From Gammaproteobacteria bacterium (GTDB lineage Bacteria; Pseudomonadota; Gammaproteobacteria; HTCC5015), in NCBI GenBank assembly GCA_036274675.1, contig DASUFE010000122.1, positions 14,095 through 78,094 of the forward strand: DNA of 64,000 bases. Direction: 5' to 3'. Positions 19,863 to 28,511 of the stretch are shown here, piece by piece. Under the pieces are notes generated by a model. That model worked only from the letters and a program-made list of their open reading frames with translations, ran no database searches and was not told the DNA's origin. The first letter of the stretch is position 1. Each line of letters begins with the position of its first letter. Position numbers and translations under genes: made by a program.

Positions 19863-20717
19863 ATGCGTAGCCGGGTCCATAGCACTACTATGCTGTTGGG
19901 TCGCCAGAAACTTCTGCTAGCCATGCTCGATACCCAGGAGGAACGTATCGAGGGCGCCGATTTCCAGAACCTGTTGTTCCTGTACACCCGGGAATTCGAG
20001 CAAATTCCGAGCTACGATTTCGTACCCTGCGCAGAGGGGCGCTTTTCCTTTACCGTGCGCGCGGACGCCGGCCAGCTGTTGAACCGCGGGCTGCTGCTGC
20101 GGGAAGGCGCAGAGTGGGTCGCGGCCAAAAGGGGGCGTGAGCTTGCGCGAGCGCTATCCGGGCTTGCCCATCGGACCGCGTATTTCAACGAGTGCTACCG
20201 CGATCTGCGAGGGGCGGCCCTGGTTCGCAAAGTGCTGGCCTATGCCGGCGACGAGTCCGCGGCGCGACGTATGACTCCGCCCGGGCTGTGGACCATCGGC
20301 TATGAAGGCAAATCGCTGGAGCGCTATCTGAACCAGCTGTTGCAGGCCGGGATCACCCTGCTGTGCGATGTGCGGCGCAGTGCTTTCAGTCGCAAGTACG
20401 GTTTTTCGAAATCCACGCTCAGGGCGGCCTGTGAGTGCATGGGCATTCGTTACGAACATTTGCCCAGCCTCGGTATCGCCTCCGAACGCCGGCGCGCCCT
20501 GGCGGGAGTGCGGGAGCATGAACTTCTTTTCACGGATTACGTACAACGCGATTTGCCGCAGCAGCGTGAATTACTGACGCTGATAGAAAGCTGGGTCAAG
20601 GAGGAGGCGCAGCGGGTGGCATTGACCTGCTTCGAATCCGATCCTTTACAGTGCCATCGCCATTGCGTGGGGGATTTTCTGGCCCGGGAAACCGGTCTGA
20701 TTCCGGTACATCTGTAG
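19863..20717 (+). CDS. Two-domain protein: unassigned N-terminal domain of about 135 aa fused to a DUF488 domain
   Basis: The C-terminal half LWTIGYEGKSLERYLNQLLQAGITLLCDVRR...SRKYGFSKSTL...LTCFESDPLQCHRHCV is the DUF488 pattern. The N-terminal half (LGRQKLLLAMLD...FQNLLFLYTRE...YDFVPCAEGRFSF) is not assigned. The start could alternatively be the Met at 19890. Confidence 0.75.
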   Translation: MRSRVHSTTMLLGRQKLLLAMLDTQEERIEGADFQNLLFLYTREFEQIPSYDFVPCAEGRFSFTVRADAGQLLNRGLLLREGAEWVAAKRGRELARALSGLAHRTAYFNECYRDLRGAALVRKVLAYAGDESAARRMTPPGLWTIGYEGKSLERYLNQLLQAGITLLCDVRRSAFSRKYGFSKSTLRAACECMGIRYEHLPSLGIASERRRALAGVREHELLFTDYVQRDLPQQRELLTLIESWVKEEAQRVALTCFESDPLQCHRHCVGDFLARETGLIPVHL

Positions 20718-20774
20718 CGGAAAACTTTGTCGCAAGCCTTCCACTCAAAAAAGAATGGATGAGGAGGAAGAATC

Positions 20775-21632
20775 ATGCCGCGCGTGTTGTGGAAAGGAGT
20801 AATCAGTTTCGGTCTCGTGAACATGCCGATACGGATGTACACGGCCATACGTGACCGCAGTCTGCGTTTTCACATGTTGACGCAGGACGGCAGTTGCCGG
20901 CTGCGACAGAAGCTGTATTGCCCGGAGACCGGCAAGGAATACAACTTCAACGAAACGGCGCGCGGCTATGAAGTGGCGCCCGATCAGTACGTATTGCTGG
21001 ACGATGAAGAGATCCGCAAGCTGCTGCCTGAAACCGGGCGCAACATTGAGATCGAGGATTTCGTCGCGCTTGAGGAAATAGATCCCATCCGCTATAACCG
21101 GCCGTACTTTCTCGCCCCCGCCGAGGGCGGCTCGAAGCCCTATCGCCTTCTGATCGAAGCGATGGAGCGGACGGGCAAGGTCGGTATTGCGCGTTTCGTG
21201 CTGCATAACAAGCAGCATCTGGCCGCGGTCCGCGTCATGCAGGGCGGTCTTGCACTTTCCACCATGTATTGGCCGGACGAGGTGCTCGCCCTGCAGGATG
21301 TAGTGGCGGTTCCGGAAGACAAGGTAGACGCCAAGCAGATCGAGCTTGCGAACAACCTGATCGAGGCGATGACCAAGTCCTTCGACCCGGCGCGCTACAC
21401 CGATACCTACCGTGAGAAGCTGGCCGAGCTTATCGAGCGCAAGGCCGAAGGCAAACGCATACCGCTGCCGAGCGAGCCGCAGAAGACCGCTCAAGTAGTG
21501 GACCTGATGGAGGCGCTCAAGCGCAGCCTGGAAAAGAGCGGACAGAAAGCCCCGAGGAAGAAGAGTGGCACCCACCCGAAGAGCGGCGCCGGACAGAAGA
21601 ACGGCGGCCGCAAGAAGACCGCCTCGCGTTAG
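20775..21632 (+). CDS. ku: Non-homologous end-joining protein Ku
   Basis: MPRVLWKGVISFGLVNMPIRMYTAIRDRSLRFHML...YEVAPDQYVLLDDEEI...RPYFLAP, followed by a basic C-terminal tail. GGAGGAGGAAGAATC-ATG RBS. Confidence 0.93.
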   Translation: MPRVLWKGVISFGLVNMPIRMYTAIRDRSLRFHMLTQDGSCRLRQKLYCPETGKEYNFNETARGYEVAPDQYVLLDDEEIRKLLPETGRNIEIEDFVALEEIDPIRYNRPYFLAPAEGGSKPYRLLIEAMERTGKVGIARFVLHNKQHLAAVRVMQGGLALSTMYWPDEVLALQDVVAVPEDKVDAKQIELANNLIEAMTKSFDPARYTDTYREKLAELIERKAEGKRIPLPSEPQKTAQVVDLMEALKRSLEKSGQKAPRKKSGTHPKSGAGQKNGGRKKTASR

Positions 21633-24093
21633 CAAGCGCGCGCTCGAGGCTTATCAAAAGAAGCGCGACTTCGCACACACCCCCGAACCCGCGGGAGTCG
21701 ATGCCGTGTCGGATCCCGGCAATCTCTCGTTTGTAATCCAGAAACATGCTGCCCGGCGTCTGCACTACGATTTCCGGCTCGAGTTGGACGGCGTCCTGCT
21801 GTCCTGGGCCTGCCCGAAGGGGCCAAGTCTGGATCCCGATGACAAGACCCTGGCGGTGCGTGTCGAAGATCATCCGCTGGAATATGGCGGCTTCGAGGGC
21901 GTGATCCCCAAGGGTGGTTACGGGGCCGGCACGGTGATGCTGTGGGACCGCGGGCGCTGGGACCCGACTACCGATCCGCACGAGGGGCTGCGCAAGGGTC
22001 ATCTGTCGTTCGTGCTGCATGGCGAGCGTCTCAGAGGCGGTTTCGCCCTGGTAAAAATCCGCAATACCGACGGCGCAAAAGGGGATTCATGGCTGTTGCT
22101 GAAAAGTCGTGATGAACGTGCGGATGCGGGTTCTGGGCGCCGGGTGCTGCAAGAGAATGCGGTCAGCGTCGAGAGCGGCCGCAGCATGGACGAGATCGCC
22201 TCCGAGCAGCAGCGGGTATGGACGCGCTCGGGTGAGTTGCCGACACGGGCCGAACTGGCGGCGTTGCCCGGGGCTACGCGGCGAAAAATCCCCTGGCCGC
22301 TGGAACCGCAGCTGCCCACGCTGGTAGCGCAACTCCCGGAAGGAGCCGACTGGTTGCACGAACTCAAGCTTGACGGTTACCGCTTGCTGATCCGCCTGCG
22401 CGGCGGCAAAGCCGAACTCTGGACGCGCGGCGCGCAGGACTGGACGTCCCGTCTTGCTGTGATCGCGCGCGCTGCGGAGCAATTGCCGCTCGAAGACGCG
22501 GTGATCGACGGCGAACTGGTGGCGCCGGATGAACGGGGCCACACCTCTTTCAGCGCATTGCAGCGCGCTATCGATGCGGAACCTCTGCGGCTGCATTTCT
22601 ACGCCTTCGATCTGTTGCAGGCTCAGGGCGTGGATCTGCGCGAGCTGCCTTTGCGCGAACGCAAGTCCATATTGAAGCGCCTGCTGCCGGCGGAACCCGG
22701 CCGTATCCGTTACAGCGATCATGTGGCCGCGCAGGGCAGGGTGGTTTACGAGCGCGCCTGCGAGCTCGGTGTCGAAGGCATCGTCAGCAAGCGTGCAGAG
22801 GCGCCGTATCGCAGCGGCCGCGGCCGCGACTGGGTGAAGGTAAAGTGCCTGGGGCGTGAGGAGTTTGTGGTAGGAGGCTATATAACGCGCGGACGCAATC
22901 CGCTGGCCTCGCTGTTGCTGGGTCGTTTCGACGGCGACCGGCTGATCTACGTCGGCCGCGTGGGCACCGGCTTCAATGAGGACGATTTCCGGATACTGTG
23001 CAGGCGCTTGCAAAAACTCGGACGCAAGGACCATCCATTTGCCGGTTCAAAGCCGCCGGTGGCCCGGAGTGAACGGGTGCATTGGGTGGAGCCGCGTTTA
23101 CTGGTGGAAGTGAAATTCTCTGCCTGGACGGCCGACAACATCCTGCGCCACGCCTCCTTTCAGGGAATACGCGAAGACAAGCCACCGCAATCCGAGGAGG
23201 TCGCGTCAGCACCCGCGGCGCCGTTGCCGCGGCTCAGTATTTCAAACCCGGACAAGATCTTTTATCCGGAATCGGGACTGACCAAGGGCGAGATCGCCGC
23301 CTGGGTGGCGTCGATGGCGCCGTGGATTCTGCCGCACGTGGCCGATCGGCCGTTGATGGTGTTGCGCTGCCCGAATGGGTATTCGGGCAACTGTTTCTAT
23401 CAGAAACACTACGAAAATATGCAAGCCCCGCTGCATCCCGTACAGGTGCCCGGGGATGACCAGCCCTACATAACGATACGCGACGCGGCCGGACTGATTG
23501 CCCTGGTGCAGAACGGCGTGCTGGAGGTGCATCCGTGGGGATCGCGCAACGACCGGCCGGAACGGCCCGACCGGATGATCTTCGATCTGGATCCGGACGC
23601 GGCCGTGCCTTTAGACGCGGTGGTGCGCGCGGCGCACGAGCTACGGCACCGGCTCGAGGATCTGGGTTTACGCTCGTGGGTAAGATGGAGTGGAGGCAAG
23701 GGCCTGCACGTCGTGGTGCCGCTGGCGCGGCGGAACACCTGGGATGAGGTCAAAGGTTTTTCGCGCTCGCTCGCCCAGCGGATGACCCACGAACAGCCGC
23801 AGCGTTACCTTGCCAAGGCTTCCAAGGAGCAGCGCAAGGGCAAGATTTTCATCGACTGGCTGCGCAACGGCATGGGTTCCACCGCGATCGCAAGCTGGTG
23901 GTTCCGCGCGCGCAAGGGCGCACCGGTGGCGCTGCCGCTCCAGTGGTCGGATCTCGACGGCGCGATGAACCTGGACGTCTGGCGCGTGCCGCTGGTGCAA
24001 CCACCGAAACGCGATCCGTGGGCGGGGTTCTTCGATGAAAAACAGACCATTACCGCCGCGATGCGGCGCAGGCTTGATATAAAACGGAGCTGA
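21565..24093 (+). CDS. ligD: Multidomain ATP-dependent DNA ligase LigD (3'-phosphoesterase, ligase, polymerase/primase order)
   Basis: PE domain: FVIQKHAARRLHYDFRLELDGVLLSWACPKGPS. Ligase motif I: HELKLDGYR (Lys codon at 22366). Pol domain: ISNPDKIFYPE...MIFDLDP...SGGKGLHVVVPL. The only in-frame start I can find is the GTG at 21565, which overlaps ku by 68 nt. The start is therefore uncertain. Confidence 0.9.
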   Translation: MAPTRRAAPDRRTAAARRPPRVSKRALEAYQKKRDFAHTPEPAGVDAVSDPGNLSFVIQKHAARRLHYDFRLELDGVLLSWACPKGPSLDPDDKTLAVRVEDHPLEYGGFEGVIPKGGYGAGTVMLWDRGRWDPTTDPHEGLRKGHLSFVLHGERLRGGFALVKIRNTDGAKGDSWLLLKSRDERADAGSGRRVLQENAVSVESGRSMDEIASEQQRVWTRSGELPTRAELAALPGATRRKIPWPLEPQLPTLVAQLPEGADWLHELKLDGYRLLIRLRGGKAELWTRGAQDWTSRLAVIARAAEQLPLEDAVIDGELVAPDERGHTSFSALQRAIDAEPLRLHFYAFDLLQAQGVDLRELPLRERKSILKRLLPAEPGRIRYSDHVAAQGRVVYERACELGVEGIVSKRAEAPYRSGRGRDWVKVKCLGREEFVVGGYITRGRNPLASLLLGRFDGDRLIYVGRVGTGFNEDDFRILCRRLQKLGRKDHPFAGSKPPVARSERVHWVEPRLLVEVKFSAWTADNILRHASFQGIREDKPPQSEEVASAPAAPLPRLSISNPDKIFYPESGLTKGEIAAWVASMAPWILPHVADRPLMVLRCPNGYSGNCFYQKHYENMQAPLHPVQVPGDDQPYITIRDAAGLIALVQNGVLEVHPWGSRNDRPERPDRMIFDLDPDAAVPLDAVVRAAHELRHRLEDLGLRSWVRWSGGKGLHVVVPLARRNTWDEVKGFSRSLAQRMTHEQPQRYLAKASKEQRKGKIFIDWLRNGMGSTAIASWWFRARKGAPVALPLQWSDLDGAMNLDVWRVPLVQPPKRDPWAGFFDEKQTITAAMRRRLDIKRS

Positions 24094-24115
24094 GTATTAA
24101 AGATTTTATATTTAG

Positions 24116-24192
24116 CCTCGCCAAGACGCGAAGACGCCAGGATTTCTAATTAAAATTTTTAGTATTTCTTTGCGCCTTGGGGTCTTGGCGAG
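24116..24192. repeat. REP-like palindromic intergenic element (GC-rich arms, AT-rich centre)
   Basis: Left arm ctcgccaagacgcgaagacgcc and right arm gcgccttggggtcttggcgag, including an 11-bp perfect inverted repeat CTCGCCAAGAC. The spacer of about 30 nt is AT-rich. It sits between the convergent ligD and cls genes. Confidence 0.7.
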
Positions 24193-24227
24193 AAAAGAAT
24201 TTATACAGGCTGTGGCAACGCGGCGTA

Positions 24228-25490
24228 TTACATTTGGCTCGCAAGAAAAGATATGCTCCTCTCCCATATTTTCTCCACCAGTGACCGCGCGCGCCATTTC
24301 TTCAGGGTGACGCGTTCGGATTGTTTGAGGTCGCGCTCGAACACTTCCGTCATCTCCAGCGCGAAGGCCTCATCGTATACATTCAGATTGGCCTCGTCAT
24401 TGAGACGGAACGAGCGGTTGTCGAAGTTGGTGGAGCCGACCGACACCATGAAATCATCGACGATCAGCATCTTGCAGTGATACATGGTCGGTTTGTACTC
24501 GTAGATCTCGATGCCCGCGGCCAGCAGCCTGCCCCAGCGCGCGCGCGAAGCGCGGCGCACGGATTGCGCGTCGATATATTCCCCGGGGATGATGATCTGG
24601 ATCCGGACCCCGCGCCGGGCGGCCTTCACCAGAGCCCTGATCGCGAGCGCTTCCGGCACAAAGTAGGAGCTGGAAAGACGGATCGAGCGCTGGGCGGCGG
24701 TGATCGACAGCAGGTACATCAGGTGCATGCTTTCGCTGCCGCTCGAGGGCGAGCTGCTGAACATCTGGGCGGCCTTTTCCCCCTGCGGGGACAACAGCGG
24801 GAAATAATCGCCGCCGTGCAGCACCCGGCCTTCCGCCTTCATCCAGTTATCCAGGAACACGGCCTGGAATTCGGCGGCGACCGGTCCCTCGACCGAGAAG
24901 TGCGAGTCGCGCCATTCCGCCGGAGACTCCGCGTTGCCTTGCCAGTGGTCCGCGATGCCGACGCCGCCGGTGAAACCGATCCGGCCGTCGATCACCAGCA
25001 GTTTGCGGTGAGTGCGGTTATTCATGCGGGTGATGTTGTACCAGTGAGGTTTGTGGTAGCGCACGCATTCGATGCCGGCGTCGAGCATTTTCGCAAGCAG
25101 CGCCTGATCCATACTGATGCTGCCCACCCAGTCCAGCAGCAGATGCACCTTGACGCCCGCCCGCGCGCGCTCGCACAAGGCCTCCGCGAATTCGTTGCCG
25201 ATGCGGCCGGACCAGTAGATATAGGTTTCGAAGGTGATGGTTTTGCGGGCGCCGCGGATGGCCTCCAGCATCGCCGGAAAGATTTCACATCCGTTCTCGT
25301 AATGCCGGATCCTGTTGCCTTGCAGGATCGCCGGTCCCAGCAGCATGCCCATGGAGCGCAGGAACTGGGTATCCCGGATCGGATACAGCCGCTTGATCGA
25401 CGCCTGAATCTTTTTCTCGCCCGTGACGAAGTTGGCGACGATGAGCGTGATCAGTAGCGTGCATAGGACTGCCAGTACGATCGAAAACAT
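24228..25490 (-). CDS. cls: Cardiolipin synthase (phospholipase D superfamily, two HKD motifs)
   Basis: N-terminal TM helix (MFSIVLAVLCTLLITLIVANFV). HKD motifs: HRKLLVIDGRIGFTGGVGIAD and HCKMLIVDDFMVSVGSTNFDNRS. Confidence 0.88.
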   Translation of the reverse strand: MFSIVLAVLCTLLITLIVANFVTGEKKIQASIKRLYPIRDTQFLRSMGMLLGPAILQGNRIRHYENGCEIFPAMLEAIRGARKTITFETYIYWSGRIGNEFAEALCERARAGVKVHLLLDWVGSISMDQALLAKMLDAGIECVRYHKPHWYNITRMNNRTHRKLLVIDGRIGFTGGVGIADHWQGNAESPAEWRDSHFSVEGPVAAEFQAVFLDNWMKAEGRVLHGGDYFPLLSPQGEKAAQMFSSSPSSGSESMHLMYLLSITAAQRSIRLSSSYFVPEALAIRALVKAARRGVRIQIIIPGEYIDAQSVRRASRARWGRLLAAGIEIYEYKPTMYHCKMLIVDDFMVSVGSTNFDNRSFRLNDEANLNVYDEAFALEMTEVFERDLKQSERVTLKKWRARSLVEKIWERSISFLASQM

Positions 25491-25574
25491 CCGGAACCTG
25501 TTTCAGTTACTCAACTTGCCGACACTGTTAAAGCGCCGGGTCAAAACCTGCGCCACGAGCACGTTTTGGAATGA

Positions 25575-25757
25575 TTACCGGCCCCGATTTTTGCCGCGCG
25601 CCGGCGGACCATGGCGGATGATCGGGGTGGCCGCGGGAGGATCGCTCGCGGGAAAGGATTCCCTGACCGCCTCGTCCACGCGCTCTTCCTCGAGCAGACG
25701 TTCCTTTTCGGCCAGGGTTTGTTCCTGCCGTTTTGCGATTTTTTTTGTCCTGGCCAT
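25575..25757 (-). CDS. Small conserved-looking hypothetical protein (60 aa) with an ESFPASDPP motif
   Basis: MARTKKIAKRQEQTLAEKERLLEEERVDEAVRESFPASDPPAATPI... The FPASDP motif recurs in small proteobacterial proteins (recollection only). Coding status is not proven. Confidence 0.5.
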   Translation of the reverse strand: MARTKKIAKRQEQTLAEKERLLEEERVDEAVRESFPASDPPAATPIIRHGPPARGKNRGR

Positions 25758-25865
25758 TTTCCGCCGCTCCGGGATTAATGTCGGTTAACCTATCGGACAG
25801 GACAGGCTTCCCAGCATTCCGCGCAGCGGATTTGTGCTTATCGGGCTGGCTCCCCGCCCCGCCAG

Positions 25866-25874
25866 TGCTAGAAT
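25866..25874 (+). promoter_or_regulatory. Candidate extended -10 element (TGcTAGAAT) for the hydrolase gene, implying a near-leaderless mRNA
   Basis: tg-c-tagaat is read at 25866-25874, only 9 nt before the ATG at 25884. I see no good -35 element. Confidence 0.3.
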
Positions 25875-25883
25875 TTGCGGCAT

Positions 25884-26681
25884 ATGAGCAGGTCCGTACT
25901 TACAGCATTGTTTGCCGCCTTGATTTGCACGGGCTGCAGCGCCGCGGTCAGGACTGACCATTACGCCGTTGCCCAAGGATTTGAAAAAACCGTGGTGGAA
26001 GGCGCCGGCTTCAGGCATGTGGTTTATCTCAACCGTCGCGCCGAAGATTCCGGCGAGGCGCTGAACGTATATATAGAAGGAGACGGCGCGCCCTGGATTT
26101 TGCGCCGCTTCGTGGCGAAGAATCCCACCTCAGCCAATACCTTGATGCTGCATCTTATGGCGCAGGATTCCGCGCCCGCTCTCTATCTCGGACGTCCCTG
26201 CTATTTCGGCCTGCACCAGGACGCGGGCTGCGATCCAAAATACTGGAGCAGCGACCGCTATTCCGCGGCCGTGGTGAATAGCATGGCGGCGGCCCTGGCC
26301 CGTGTCGCGCCAGGCAGGGAAGTGAACCTGTTCGGACACAGTGGCGGCGGCGCGCTGGCGGTACTGCTGGCCGCGCGCGTGTCTCGGGTAAAGGCAGTGG
26401 TCACGCTGGCCGGCAATCTGGATCCCGATGCGTGGACACGCCGGCACCGCTACGAGCCGCTGCGTGGCTCCCTGAATCCCAGCCTGCAGCCGCCGCTGCC
26501 GTCCACGATCGCTCAATACCATCTCGCCGGGGGCGGGGACAAGAATGTCGACACCGAATCCATCGAGGCTTTTGCGCGCGGCCAGCCCGGGGCTGTATTC
26601 CGTCTGTACCCGGAGCAGCGCCATGTCTGCTGCTGGGAGACAGTCTGGCCGGAAATATTGGGGAATCTGTCGCAGAAATGA
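25884..26681 (+). CDS. Alpha/beta-fold hydrolase, probable lipoprotein
   Basis: MSRSVLTALFAALICTGCSAA (lipobox-like CTGC). Nucleophile elbow: NLFGHSGGGALAVLLAA. The track ORF starts at the TTG at 25875; I prefer the ATG at 25884. Confidence 0.8.
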   Translation: MSRSVLTALFAALICTGCSAAVRTDHYAVAQGFEKTVVEGAGFRHVVYLNRRAEDSGEALNVYIEGDGAPWILRRFVAKNPTSANTLMLHLMAQDSAPALYLGRPCYFGLHQDAGCDPKYWSSDRYSAAVVNSMAAALARVAPGREVNLFGHSGGGALAVLLAARVSRVKAVVTLAGNLDPDAWTRRHRYEPLRGSLNPSLQPPLPSTIAQYHLAGGGDKNVDTESIEAFARGQPGAVFRLYPEQRHVCCWETVWPEILGNLSQK

Positions 26682-26702
26682 AGATTGTCCCGCAAATTAA
26701 GC

Positions 26703-26730
26703 TTGCATTGGCCCCGACACTCTATATACT
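26703..26730 (+). promoter_or_regulatory. Candidate sigma70 promoter of rhlE (TTGCAT-16 nt-TATACT), giving a leader of about 150 nt
   Basis: Hexamers read at 26703-26708 and 26725-26730. Confidence 0.4.
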
Positions 26731-26885
26731 TCCTGCACGCGGCGCATATTCGGTCTGCGCCCAGGGGTTTGAAACCAAACCCGTCGCGGTACCTTCAAGG
26801 CTCACCTCGAAATTAATCATAAATCGCATGCCCTGGACCGAACCGGAACCTTGTTCCGCACAGGTCAGCTGGAGCAAAACTTAAT

Positions 26886-28436
26886 ATGTCGTTCAACGAA
26901 CTCGGCCTCTCGGCCGAATTGCTGCGCGCCGTCGGCGAGCAGGGCTATACCGATCCCACCCCCATTCAACGCCAATCGATTCCCGTCATCCTGCAAGGCG
27001 GCGACGTCATGGCCGCGGCGCAAACCGGAACCGGCAAGACCGCCGGCTTCACCCTGCCGCTGCTGCAGCGCCTTAATACGGGGACCAAACCGCCCAAAGG
27101 AACCATCCGCGCCCTGGTGCTGACGCCGACGCGCGAGCTGGCGGCGCAGGTGGAGGAAAGCGTGCGTCTTTATGGTCGCCATCTGCCTTTGCGTTCCGTC
27201 GCGATTTTCGGCGGCGTCAATATCAATCCGCAGATTAAAGCGTTGCGCAGTGGTGTCGACATACTGGTCGCCACGCCCGGCCGTCTGCTGGATCACGTGC
27301 AGCAAAAGACGATCGATCTGTCGAAGATCGAGATCCTGGTGCTGGACGAAGCGGACCGCATGCTGGATATGGGCTTCGCCCCCGAAGTGCGGCGCATACT
27401 CGGGCTGCTGCCGAAAGTGCGGCAGAACCTGCTGTTCTCGGCAACCTTCTCGTTCGAGATCCGGAAACTCGCCGAAGGCATCCTGCGCGACCCCGTCCTC
27501 GTCGAGGTCGGCGCGCGCAACACATCGGCGGAACTGGTGGCGCAGGTGGTACATCCGGTCGACCAGCGGCAGAAGCGCGGCCTTCTGTCCTACCTGATCA
27601 GCTCGAACAACTGGCAACAGGTGCTGGTTTTCATCCGCACCAAGCACAGCGCGGACCGCCTCGCCCGGCAGCTGCAGGAAGACGGCCTCAAGACGGTGGC
27701 GATACACGGCAACAAATCCCAGGGCGCCCGAACGCGCGCGCTGGCGGATTTCAAGGCGAACAAGGTGCGGGTGCTGGTCGCGACCGATATCGCGGCGCGC
27801 GGCCTGGACATCGACCAGCTGCCTCATGTGGTGAATTACGATCTGCCGAATGTTCCGGAAGATTACGTGCACCGTATCGGCCGCACCGGCCGGGCCGGCA
27901 ATGAAGGCCGGGCCATCTCGCTGGTGAGTCCGGACGAGTTCAAACAATTACGGGATATCGAACGCCTGATCAAGCGCGAGCTTCCGCAGGAAACGATCTG
28001 GGAACACGTCGCGGCAAGCTGGGGCTACGGTCAGCCGGATGTGGTTAAAGTTTCCACCCAGGCGGACGAGGCGAGCGATGGGCGGCAGTCCCGTCGCGAC
28101 ACCAGGCGCAGGCCGCATGGCGAACGCCGGGACTCCGGCCGCGGCAACCAGGCGCGTAACGGCGGCGGGCGCCGTCAGCACTCGCAGGCTCCGCGCGAAG
28201 AACGCAGTCAGCACGCTCGCGGCGAAGAGAAACGTCCGCGGCAGCACGATGCACGTCCGCATGCCGAGGCGAGGCATGCGCAACGTCAGGAACGTCCAGC
28301 GAACTCCGGTCGCCAGCAGCAAGCAGCACCTCAATCCGAAGTCGGATTACTCGGCAGGAATTCCGGGCGCCGCAACAAGCCGCGCCGCGGACGCAACGCC
28401 GCTATTAAAAAGGAAGTCCCTGCTTTGCTCGGCTAG
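26886..28436 (+). CDS. rhlE: ATP-dependent DEAD-box RNA helicase RhlE with an Arg-rich C-terminal tail
   Basis: [33 protein letters not shown] (Q motif), [41 protein letters not shown]. The C-terminal region of about 130 aa is R/Q/G rich. Confidence 0.92.
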   Translation: MSFNELGLSAELLRAVGEQGYTDPTPIQRQSIPVILQGGDVMAAAQTGTGKTAGFTLPLLQRLNTGTKPPKGTIRALVLTPTRELAAQVEESVRLYGRHLPLRSVAIFGGVNINPQIKALRSGVDILVATPGRLLDHVQQKTIDLSKIEILVLDEADRMLDMGFAPEVRRILGLLPKVRQNLLFSATFSFEIRKLAEGILRDPVLVEVGARNTSAELVAQVVHPVDQRQKRGLLSYLISSNNWQQVLVFIRTKHSADRLARQLQEDGLKTVAIHGNKSQGARTRALADFKANKVRVLVATDIAARGLDIDQLPHVVNYDLPNVPEDYVHRIGRTGRAGNEGRAISLVSPDEFKQLRDIERLIKRELPQETIWEHVAASWGYGQPDVVKVSTQADEASDGRQSRRDTRRRPHGERRDSGRGNQARNGGGRRQHSQAPREERSQHARGEEKRPRQHDARPHAEARHAQRQERPANSGRQQQAAPQSEVGLLGRNSGRRNKPRRGRNAAIKKEVPALLG

Positions 28437-28463
28437 GCCGGTATTCAGTTGACAGCACTGCGC

Positions 28464-28488
28464 GAACGGCGGTCATTGACCGCCGTTC
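28464..28488. terminator. Bidirectional hairpin terminator between the convergent rhlE and gntP-family genes
   Basis: gaacggcggtca-tt-gaccgccgttc, a perfect palindrome with 11-bp arms (effective loop about 4 nt). The T-run is weak on the plus side (gtcgtttcc). Confidence 0.65.
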
Positions 28489-28511
28489 GTCGTTTCCAGG
28501 CGTGAAAATCA

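Noticed and set aside
21565-21632. ku/ligD 68-nt overlap as a possible programmed frameshift or a sequencing frameshift fusing Ku to LigD
   Set aside because: Ku ends with a normal basic tail and stop codon. LigD has an in-frame GTG upstream of its phosphoesterase domain. No slippery heptamer is evident. Simple overlapping genes are the parsimonious reading, though the LigD start remains unverified.
24321-25457. 378-aa plus-strand ORF antisense to cardiolipin synthase. Similar long antisense ORFs lie over gntK (30474-31499), the permease (31596-32909), pbpC (39330-40859), GMC (58167-59942) and DUF4331 (56586-57803)
   Set aside because: All have Arg/Ala/Gly/Asp/His-biased composition and no motifs, and all lie opposite genes with strong family signatures. 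They are GC-driven shadow ORFs.
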